A stretch of 64,000 bases of DNA from Eledone cirrhosa (taxonomy: Eukaryota), in NCBI GenBank assembly GCA_964016885.1, contig OZ024759.1, positions 13,826,001-13,890,000 on the forward strand, read 5' to 3'. The translations under genes were made by a program, and so were the position numbers. The notes below the pieces were generated by a model, which did not search any database, was not told where the DNA came from, and was given only the letters and a program-made list of their open reading frames with translations. Position 1 is the first letter of the stretch. Each line of letters begins with the position of its first letter. This document shows positions 27,637-39,800 of the stretch, in pieces.

Positions 27637-30600
27637 TATATATATACTGTATATATATATATATATATATATATCCTCCTCCTCCTCCTATCTCTCTCTC
27701 CTTCCTCCTCTCTCTCCCCCTCCTCCTCTTTCTCCGCTCTCTCTTTTTCTCTATTCAAGAGATATCCACGACAATGTGACTATTAAGAAACCAACAATAT
27801 GTGAAACACCATACGGAGACCGACTGGAATGGATCCTCCCTGGGGATAATAAGCTGGTAGCCCACCTCAAAGATAAAAATAGAATAAGACACAGGAAGCG
27901 ATGGAGCCAGGTAAAATCATATATTTATTGATTTATTGATTCAGAGAATCAGTAGAGCATCAAACAAAATATTTTGCAGCAGTTCTGATACTGCCTTTCA
28001 TTGTTCCAGGGTCAATAAAATATCAGTAATGTACTGGGGTTAATGTATTGGACATTCCATATATATATATATCATCATCATCATCATCATCATTTTACAT
28101 CCGCTTTTCCCTGCTTGCAAGGGTGGGACGGGTCTTATTCAGCACAGCATCTCTCCACTCGTCATGGTCCTTCGTCATCTCCACCGTGAGCTTCAATGAT
28201 CTGAGGTCTGTTCTCACCACCTCTGCCCATGTTTTTCGTGGTCTACCTCTACCACATCTTCCTTCGACTGGCATTTCCTGGCACTTCTTCACCCATCGGT
28301 CATCCTCCATGCGCATCACATGTCCATACCACCTCAGTCTCCTCTCCCGTACACTTCATTCTATCCCTCTCAGACACAGTTTCTCTCTCAACACATTTAT
28401 GCTGGGTTGTTCACGCACATTTACACTGCACATCCAACGGAGCATGCTTCTCCTCATTTCTCTCCAGCCGTCGCATATCCTCTGCAGTTGCTGCCCATGT
28501 CTCACTACCATGCAGCATCGCGCTCCTCACACAGGCATCATACAACCGGCCTTTCGTACGCAGGGAGAAACCCTTCTTCGTCAACAGAGGAAGCAGCTCC
28601 CTAAACTTCTTCCAACCCATCCTTATTCTAGATACTATGGCCTCGGAACACCCTCCTCCCATGCTAATCTGATCTCCTAGGTACTGGAAGCTATCCACCA
28701 CTTCTATAGCGCCCTCCTGCATCTGAAAAATGTGTCTATCAATGCGACTTCTACTGTCTAATTTCCCTGTACATCTACTGCATACATATTTCTCCCTACC
28801 TGTTAGTTTGCCTGCTATCCCGCTACATCTCTTGTGTACCCAGGATCTGCATTGTGTGCATTTTATAGAATTTATGCCAGTTCCTTTTCTGCATATCTAA
28901 CATGGCCATTTCCCTGACGGATTCAGAGTTTTGTCCTCTTTTCTACTCATCAACACTTTTGTCTTAGCTAGGTTCACTCTCAGTCCTCTTGCTTCCAACT
29001 GCTGTTTCCATAGCCAGAATTTATTCTCTAGCTCCTCTACTGATTCTGCTATAAGAACCAGATCGTCAGCATAGAGAAGTTCCCATGGACAGCCAGTCTT
29101 AAACTCCTCTGTTATGGCTTGGAGGACTATAATGAACAAGAGCGGGCTGAGGACTGAACCTTGATGTACTCCTACTTGTATCTGGAATTCCTCACTAAAC
29201 TCCATTCCTACCCTCACTTTACTGAGAGTACCTCTGTACAAAGTTTGCACTGTCCTCACAAGCCATTCCTCAACACCTAGCTTCCTTAGGGACCACCAGA
29301 TGACAGATCGGGGTACCCTATCAAAGGCCTTCTCTAGGTCAACAAAGGCTAAGTATAGTGGCTTATTTTTCTCTAAGAACCTCTCTTGCAATTGTCTCAC
29401 CAAGAAGAGGGCATCTGTTGTACTCTTCCCAGGCCCAAAACCAAACTGCATCTCATCTAGTTTGACCATTTCTCTAATTAGTTGTGCTAATATCCTTTCT
29501 GCCACTTTCATAACCTGATCCATCAGTTTTATACCCCTATAATTGCTCCTCTCCAGAGCATCCCCTTTACCTTTGTAGCAATTTATGAGAATACTGCTGC
29601 ACCAGTCTTTGGGTATGACACCACCATATATAGCCTGATTGATGTTGCGTGCAACCAGTTTAGTGCCTACGTCCCCTGATGCCTTCAGCATCTCAGCAAC
29701 TATTCTCGATGGTCCAGCACCCTTACCATTTTTCATTTCCCTAATCGCCTCTTGGACCCTATATTCGTCAATCTCAATAGCTGGTCCCTCTGTCGGATCT
29801 ACTAAGGGTAATTCCTCTCTCTCCCATTCGTTCTCCACATTCATCAGTCTCTCATAATGACATTTCCAGGCCTCCTTTTTCTGATCATTCGTGACACTAA
29901 GTACACCGGCATCATCCCGGACACATTTATCTCCAACAATATCCTGATTTGCATTGACACACTGCCTTGCAATGTGGAACACCGCACGCCTCTGATCTTC
30001 CCATCGCAGAACATTGGCAAACCTCCTACTCTCCGCCTTCCTGCGTGCTAAGTACACCTGACGTCTAGCTTCTCTCTTAGTGGCTGTATATTCTTCCCTA
30101 TTCCCACCCTTTTTCCAAGCCTTCCATGCTAGTCTTTTGTCTCTAATGGCCTTATCTACTGTGCTGTTCCACCACCAGGTCACTCTCTGTCTGGTTGGAG
30201 CTCTGCTCCAGCCACAAGTTTCATCAGTAGCCTGCAGCAAGTTGTCACATAAGAAATTCCAGTTATTATCTATGTCATACGTCTCTAAATCGACTTCTTT
30301 TTCGTCATATACATCTTGAAGGGCTTTCCTAAATTTGTATTTTATTGAAAGGTCTTTTAGCTTCCAGACCTTTCTTCTCCACATATATAAATGAAAATAG
30401 AGAAATTAATGTAAGCAAGAAGCCAACAGTAATTCAGACATATAAGTGACTTTAACATCAAGATGAAAAGTATTTAACGTAAGATATGGGAAAATAATTC
30501 AATCTTAATTCAAAACAAGTCAAGAAGAAAAATTTTATCCTCAGACTTTATATAAATTTTATCCTCAGACTACATATATATTTCCTTAGTAACCAAACTC

Positions 30601-33051
30601 CATCTGTTGCTATTTCCTTAGTAACCAAACTCCATCTGTTGCTATTTCCGTAGTAACCACACCCCAATTGATGCTATTTCCTTAGTAACCACACCCCAAT
30701 TGCTGCTATTTCCTTAGTAACAACACTCCATCTGTTGCTATTTCCTTAGAAACCACACTCCATCTGTTGCTATGTTCTATCTAGGTTATGTATATGTACT
30801 ATTTCCTTAGTAACCAAACTCCATCTGTTGCTATTTCCTTAGTAACCACACTCCATCTGTTGCTATTTCCTTAGAAACCACACTCCATCTGTTGCTATGT
30901 TCTATCTAGGTTCTGCATATGTACTATTTCCTTGGTAACCACTCTATCTGTTGCTATGTTCTATTTAGGTTATGTATATGTACTATTTCCTTGGTAACCA
31001 CTCTATCTGTTGCTATGTTCTATTTAGGTTATGTATATGTACTATTTCCTTGGTAACCACTCTATCTGTTGCTATGTTCTATTTAGGTTATGTATATGTA
31101 CTATTTCCTTGGTAACCACTCTATCTGTTGCTATGTTCTATTTAGGTTATGTATATGTACTATTTCCTTGGTAACCACTCTATCTGTTGCTATGTTCTAT
31201 TTAGGTTATGTATATGTACTATTTCCTTGGTAACCACTCTATCTGTTGCTATGTTCTATTTAGGTTATGTATATGTACTATTTCCTTGGTAACCACTCTA
31301 TCTGTTGCTATGTTCTATTTAGGTTATGTATATGTACTATTTCCTTGGTCATAAAATTGCCGCGTTGTCTGGCAGTGCAAAAAGGAAAACCCGAAGATTA
31401 CACAATACATTTCTGCTCGCTTTAGACGGGGATGTGGACTTTGAGCCATCGTCAGTTCTACTTTTAATAGACAGAATGAAGCGAAACCCTGTTGTTGGGG
31501 CTGCTTGTGGCAGAATTCACCCAATTGGGAATGGTAAGCTATTTTTGTTCTCTTATCTTTCAAAACAAAGATGTTTAGACTGAAGGTTAACTGTTTAAGA
31601 TGGGATACTGACTGAACCCACATCATCTTCTATCATCGTCATCAACGTTTATGAACCATTTTTCATGCTTGTATAGGTTAGATGGCAGTCACATGCTAAG
31701 GCTTGACTGGTCAGGTAACTAGGTCCTGCTCATACATTCTGTTTTGACTTGGTTTCTATGGCTGGATGCCCTTCCTAACACCAACCGCTTTACAGTGTGT
31801 ACTAGAAGCATATTATCATGACACCGACAATAACACATTTTCAGTAAAGTATATCAGTAGAGTATAGGCATTTTTATTGATGATTTATGAATGAAACTTT
31901 TCTAGTTCTGTAGAAGTCATTTCTATAATAAAACAAAGATATATATCATCATCATCAGCATCATCCCTGTTTAACGTCCATTTTTCCATGCTAGCATGGG
32001 TTAGACAAGTTGTCCCATTGTGAGACAAGCCAGATCAGATGATCGTGTCTTGCTCATATAGAACTGATTCTGGCTTGGTTTCTACAGCTTGATATCCTTC
32101 CTAACACCAACCACATTTTCAGTGTGGACTTGGTGCGATTTGTCATGGCACCTACGCGACTACTTTACAGTGTGGACTGGGTTCTTTTTGTTGTGACACC
32201 AACAAACCGCTTTACAGTTTCGGCTGAGTGCTTTTTATCACAACACCAACACGACCACTTTACAGAGTGGACTGTGTGCTTTTTGTCATGGCACCTACAT
32301 GACCACTTTACAGTGTGGGCTGGTAGCTTTTTTTCATGAGACCAACAAGACCACTTTACAGGTGGACTGGGTGCTTTTTGTCATGGCACCTACACAACCA
32401 CTTTACAGTGTGGGTTGGGTGCTTTTTGTCACAACACCAACACGACTATTTTACCGGGTGGACTGGGGGCTTTTTGTCGTGCCACCTAAATAAACAAATA
32501 TCAATCTATATATTAGGACAATACAACAGTTTTATGACACTACAAATAGCAGAAAAAAAATCATTTAAATCTAAACAATGAAGAAGTAGCCAATATCAAT
32601 TAAAAATTATACATTTTCAGGCCCTATGGTGTGGTACCAGAAATTTGAATATGCAGTTAGTCATTGGCTCCAGAAGTCTGCTGAACACATGACTGGATGT
32701 GTTCTGTGTAGTCCCGGCTGCTTCAGCCTTTTCAGGGGCTCAGCCTTAGTAAAGCCTAATGTCCTGAAGAGATACACAACATTACCTACTGAAGCTAAAC
32801 ACCACGTACAGTATGATCAAGGTAATTATAAACACACACATGCAAATACACACACACACTCATGTGTATAGACATACACATGCACATTATTACATGCATG
32901 CACACATTTACACATATACATGCATACACCTACATATGTACACACATATGTGGAGACACATACATATGTGCATGTATCTATAAATATGTATGTGCATAAA
33001 TATATACACACATGCACACACATATGTATATGTAAATGTGTATATATATAC

Positions 33052-33091
<40 letters not shown>

Positions 33092-33730
33092 GGGATAACA
33101 AATTATCGTTATAGGTAATCCAGTTAGAGGTTGTGAATACTCCGTATTGTGGATAGTTTTAGTGTACAGCATTGTTTGACTCAACAAGAGGTTTCCTTAG
33201 GTAGCGAGTTTGTGAGTTCTCGGGAGTTCCTATGCAAGTTAATCTTGGAGTAATAATAGTGAAAGAGTGAAGGATATTTAAAATTGAGTGACACAACTTC
33301 AAGTGATTAGCAATTTTTAGACAACTTAATCAATGAAATAGTTGTTAATACTGTAAATAAAACCCTTTTTGTACTGTTGACCATGTTATTCTTCACTCTT
33401 TCACTATATATATATATAAAATAAGGGAAAGGTAATACAGAAAAAAATTTTAAACAAATTACCACCGTTTCAGATCCCAAAACAAATAGAAAGTCCAAGC
33501 GGATTTCCATTGAGAAGGAGATCCTCATCAGAAGGAGAATATAAAATCTCGGAGAATATAAAATTGCCGAGTTCAAAATACAAAACTGCCCCAGCAAATG
33601 AATGATGAAACAATTTTGTCTAGTATCATGTGCAAAGACTGACTGAAAGCAAGGTGGACAGGTCAATCTCTAAAAATAACAGCTGTTCAAATGACCAAGG
33701 GTTTAATTATTATATATATATATATATATA

Positions 33731-33790
<60 letters not shown>

Positions 33791-36641
33791 ACAATGAGTT
33801 ATATGGTTTGTTGATTATCTTTCAACAAAGTTAATTTTATAACTAATTTGAAGCACTCTACAGTTTTTATCTGGAGTATTATTAATATTAATAATATTAA
33901 TAAATGGGAAATATCTTTATAATACCATATTTATTTTATTATACGTATTTCAAGGACACAAAATTTTAGTATGCTTTCATCAGATAAAATATAATATTTG
34001 GTGTTAATATACCTTAGGCATAGACTTAATAGTATAAGCTCGTTAACGGCAGTGAGGTAAAAATTCAAAATCACAAGGGTTATAAGTTAACAAGTATACA
34101 CTAAAACAGAAAAGGACCATTATTATAGGCGCTAGAAAAATTTTGAAAAATATATATATATAGGAAAAGAGTCACATGTACGTGTTGCTGGTTCGAAGTC
34201 CCAGGTGCGAGAGAGAGATTTTCTTCAAATCTTCGCGGGTAATTTCTCTCTCAGGACGCGTAGGGATACATCCTCTTCTGCTGGCGCTGATTGGCTGAGC
34301 TGAGCTAAATCACGCACAGAGAATGCATGTGAGCCCGCGGAATGTAGGTCACTACACTGCCCCATATTGGTCACCAATAGAGTGAATTGGTCACAGGGTT
34401 ATTTACTTTGGTAAACGCCACTGCAGGCCAACCACTAATTAAATTCGATACAGATATAATAAGGTTAACAAACTTACTCGTGAGTGAACTGACCGAGAGC
34501 CGGTCGCCAAATAATCAGCATGGTAAATTAAATGTTATTGAGACACGAGTAACATAATAATGATGTCAACAGCAGAAATTAGAGATGAAATGTATGTTAT
34601 TTTTGTTGTAGCACAAATAATGTTGGTTAACTTGTATGGTTGAAGACATAAAAATGAGGTTACAAAAGGGAATGTGTCATTGCGCCGGAAAGTCAGCAGG
34701 TTAAGGTGCAAAATCTCACCGTCACATGTATGTGTTGCTGGTTCGAAGTCCCAGGTGTGAGAGAGAGATTTTCTTCAAATCTTCGCGGGTAATTTCTCTC
34801 TCAGGACGCGTAGGGATACATCCTCTTCTGCTGGCGCTGATTGGCTGAGCTGAGCCAAATCACGCACAGAGAATGCATGTGAGCCCGCGGAATGTAGGTC
34901 ACTACAAATTTATTTGCTATAACATATGTTTCTGTATTTATTATAAAATGTTCAACATATGCTGACTACAATATATATTGTTCAATCATATGCAATACTT
35001 AATTATTTATTCCACTTCATCAAAAACCCTATAATAGTGGAATTCAACTATTTACTACATTTTTGTTTGATCAGGTGAAGACCGGTGGCTGTGCACCCTC
35101 CTACTACAAGCAGGCTCTCGTGTCGAGTACTGTGCAGCATCAGACGCCTTGACATACTGCCCGGAAAGTTTTGATGAGTTCTTCAAGCAGCGCCGACGCT
35201 GGGCTCCATCAACAATGGCTAACATCATTGATCTATTGATTGACTGGCGCCATGTTCGTGAAGTCAACACCAGCATCTCTTTGCCATACATTATTTACCA
35301 GTCTGGTTTGATGATCGTCTCAATCATAACACCGGCAACCATCTTCTTGCTAATTGTTGGGGCTTTAAGTGCTGCTTTTCCTACAATATCCCTGACGTCT
35401 TCATTAATTGCCAACCTTGTTCCAGTTATAGCCATGCTCATCCTATGTTTTATCGCCACAGAAGACACGCAAGTACGGATTGTCACATGTTTCTATTCTT
35501 TTACTATTTCACTGTGTTGCTTTTTACACTACTCCATAAATTTGCTTTGTTGTGGTTGTTGTTGTTGTTCCTCTTCGTCTTCCTCTTCTTATTCGTCTTC
35601 TTCTTCGGATGCCATGCTTTGCAGCATAGAGTTACAGTCCTTTACGAACTGAGTTCAAATCCCACCGAGGTTAACTTTGCCTTTCATCCTTACGGGGTCG
35701 ATAAAATAAAGCCCCAGTAATGTACTGGGTCGATATAATCGACTTTCCTCTCCTCCAAATTACTGGCCTTGTGCCTATACTAGAAATTATTATTACTATT
35801 ATTATTATTATTATCATTTCGCTTTTGCATCATGGTTTTTACCAGAGAGATATAAACTAACATTCCATACTCTTGATGCTTCAACTTGCTCAACAAGGGC
35901 TTTATACAGATTAAAGTGTTATCTGACCTCTCTGCATCACAAATCATTTGTAATAAAGGTCCTCATGCACAATTCTTCCAATAGTGTGCCTCAAAACCGT
36001 GAGCTCCTTAACAATGGTGCTAATCGACTTTCTGGGGTACTTATTGATAATTTTCTGCATCTTTCATATGAATTTGGGTGTTCTGATGGTATTAGGACAC
36101 TTAGCAGGCATTTTATGTGTGGTTATTGTTGTAGAATATTTGTCAATGATTTCCAGCATTTCACAAACATTGACAAGAAATAACTGTGCAACTTTCAGGA
36201 AATGAGAATCTCTAAATCCTTCTGCTCTACCTTTAAGGTAACAATTACAGCGTGCCTTTTCATTGGTTGATTTAGCTTGCTGTCTGTCATCATTTATCTG
36301 AAAAGAAATGATATTCTGAACAAGCCTAGCAAAAAGTTAGAGCTTAACGGTTCAAATTATCCTTGGATAACTATCCAAGGATAACTTGAACCGTTAAGGT
36401 ATATTCTCCTTGGTTATGTCAAAATTTATAAAACACACTTTGTATTTTATCTGATGATAGCGTACCAAAATTTTGGTACCCTTGAAATATATATAACAGA
36501 ATAAATGTGGTTTTATAAATATAGTTTCCATTTATTTAATATCATTGTATATTATACTCCAGAAAACCTGTAGAGTGCTCTGAATCAGTTATAAACATTT
36601 ATATTTGTTGAATTACCAACAAATTGAATATCCCTTTCGCT

Positions 36642-36705
<64 letters not shown>

Positions 36706-36766
36706 AACAGAAAAAATTAAACGAAATTTCATTTCTCACTCTCAGTACGGCTGTTACGTATACATA

Positions 36767-36825
<59 letters not shown>

Positions 36826-39800
36826 TATCGAGAATCGGAACCTCGGCCCACGAAATAACGAAACACAATCTTCGAAATGTGTGGCAAAGTGCTCAATAGT
36901 TTGGATAAACCAGAGCTATAACTAACGTTTAAATAGCAACACACTGAGACGATGCTTAAACAATCATTCGCACAACCGAAAACACGACCAAGAAAATTTG
37001 GGTCAGAAAAATAAAAATATATATGATATATATATATTTATGTATATATATACATACATATATATATATATATATATCATCATCATCATCATCATCATTA
37101 TCGTTTAACGTCCCTGTTCCACGCTTGCATGGGTTTGGACAACACATCACCCGGTCTGAGAATTGAAGACCGGGTGATGTGTTGTTTCCTTGAGCAAGAC
37201 ACTTTATTTCACATTGCTCCAGTTTACTCAGCTGTAGAAATGAGATGATAGGGACTGAGGTCCCTATCATTCCACTGCAAAGTGGTCGTGGAGGTGCCAC
37301 AGCAAAAAAGCACCCTGCACTCACTGTAAATGAGGTTGGTGTTAGGAAGGGCATCCAGCTGTAGAAATCAAGCCAGAATAAGTTCCCGTCCCACCCTTGC
37401 ATATATATATATACATATATATATACATATATATATATACATATATATATATACACATATATATATATACACACATATATATATATACACCCATATATAT
37501 ATACATATATATATGTGTGTGTATCATCATCATCATCATGTTTAATGCCTATCTTCCATGCTAGCATGATATATATATATACATATACACACATATACCT
37601 ACATGCACCTATTTTATTTTTGTTTTCCAGTTGAGATTTGCCTCCTTACTAACACTATTTTATACTCTAACAATGATGCTTGTCTTTGTCGGCTTGATGA
37701 AAGAAATAATTGAGTATAAGTTCTGTTCGACAACAGCAATATTCTTCACATTTGTTGCCAGCATATTTCTCTTATCTGCATTGACTCATCCTCAAGAATT
37801 CAGCTGTATTTTACATGGACTTCTGTACTTCCTCTTTGTACCTTCCACTTCCATCCTCCTCATGGTTTATGCATTGGGAAATCTTCACAATATTTCCTGG
37901 GGAACAAGAGACACCAAACCCGAAGTTTCAGTTGAACCGGTAAAACCTGTACCTGATGTCAAGAAAAAGAAGACAGCTTTTAATCAACTGTCAGGCATTT
38001 TATGGTCAACTGTTAATTCTAATAAGGAAAAACAATCGGAGTATACTTTTTCTTGTGGAAACCTCTGTCAATGTCTCTGTTTGCCGAAAGAGAAATCAAA
38101 CAAAGAGTTAACACTCCTGACAAAAATAATGGGAAAAATTGAAAACTTCACAAATCCAAAACCCTCAACAATAGCAACTTCGGAAGAGAAATCTTCCTTG
38201 TTATCTTCAGCTAACAATGAAGAAAATGCTGAGAAAGAAAAGCAAGAACTTACGAAGCAACAAGAAAAGGCTCAACAACAACAGGAAACACAACCAGTAC
38301 AACAGCAGCCACAGCAACAACAGCAGCCACAGCAACAACAACAACAGCAGCCACAGCAACAACAACAGCAGCCACAGCAACAACAACAACAGCAGCCACA
38401 GCAACAACAACAACAGCAGCCACAGCAACAACAACAACAACAACAGCAACAAACGCAATGCTACATTCGTCGTACAGGTATAGTGACATAATTCTATTTA
38501 TACAAGGCTGTCATAAAGTTGCTACAATTCCATCCCATACTTCAAAATGGTTAACTCCCTTAGAATTTCATATGATGAGATTTGGTGAGTTCAAATCCCG
38601 CCGAGGTTAACTTTGCCTTTCATCCTTACGGGGTCGATAAAGTACCAGTAACGCACTGGGTAATTGCTGGCCTTGTGCCAAACGTAGAAATAATTATTAT
38701 GGTGGATTGGAAGTATCAGTAAAGGGTCAGACGCCATGCCTTGCAGCATAGAGTTATGGACCTTTACATTCCGAGCTCAAATCCCGCCAAAGTTAAATTT
38801 GCTTTTCATCCTTACAAGGTTGATAAAATAAAGTACCAGTAATGCTCTAGCGTAATTGCTGGCCTTGTGCCAAAAGTAGAAACAATTATCATAAGAGAAT
38901 TGTTAAATTTGATTTAACGTCAGGGGAGTTAACTGTTGTTAGGTTACTGGCCAAAAGTGTAATGTGTATGGATATCTTTCTTCAAGTTGTCTTAAATGTG
39001 AACAGCTGGTTTTTTTTATACTCATTTTCTCCTTTTATCTACCGTTTATTTCACTTAAACATTGATTTGATTGTTTTATGTTCTTTTTATTATTCAGATA
39101 GCAAAAATAAACCCAAGCACTGGCTGGAACATGAATATGTCAAAGATCTGAAACCAGGAAAGATTTCCAATAACGAACAAATATTTTGGAAAGAACTTAT
39201 AAAACAATACCTTTTTCCGCTTCAAAAAGATGAGAATAAAGAAAAAGCAATGCTAAAAAATTTGATTGAACTTCGTAACAACGTCTGTCTGGCATTCTTT
39301 ATAATAAATGCCTTATTTGTTACGGTTGTATATGCCATTGAATATAATATCCAAACCAGTAATGTCATCAGTTTGGAAATACCATGTGATGGTGCTTCAA
39401 AAAAGGTGAATGTCATCTCATTTGTCTTTACACTCGTCTTTGGTTTCTCGCTCGTTATTCAATTGATTGCTATGTTGTTCCATCGTTATGGTACATTCAT
39501 GCATATCCTATCAACAATTAAGTTGACGTTCATGCCAGTCAACAAGGAGACTGTAGATCAGTGTCGCCTGACCTTGCTTTCAAGAAAGCTCAGCAAAAGT
39601 GACAGTAATGTAACAACCTGCTCTGTGGATAGTTTTTCTACTGATTGGAAGAAACTGCGAAAGGAAATGCCGAAAAATTGGAGGAAAAGGAAAACTTCAA
39701 ACCAGTTCAAAAATCTTCAGGAGAAGGTTGAGGCAAAATTGGTTGAAATAGTGGACGAGGTTGAAAATCCAACACTAGAAACTAAGACAAACACATTTTC

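Noticed and set aside
28897-30384. 495-aa RT ORF as a domesticated or active gene
   Set aside because: 5'-truncated with no endonuclease domain, premature TAG in the Cys finger and a downstream frameshift.
38962-39097. ORF-track N-terminal extensions of CHS exons (also 5097, 9528, 27542) and read-through past donors
   Set aside because: Intronic sequence; splice sites and phases define shorter exons.
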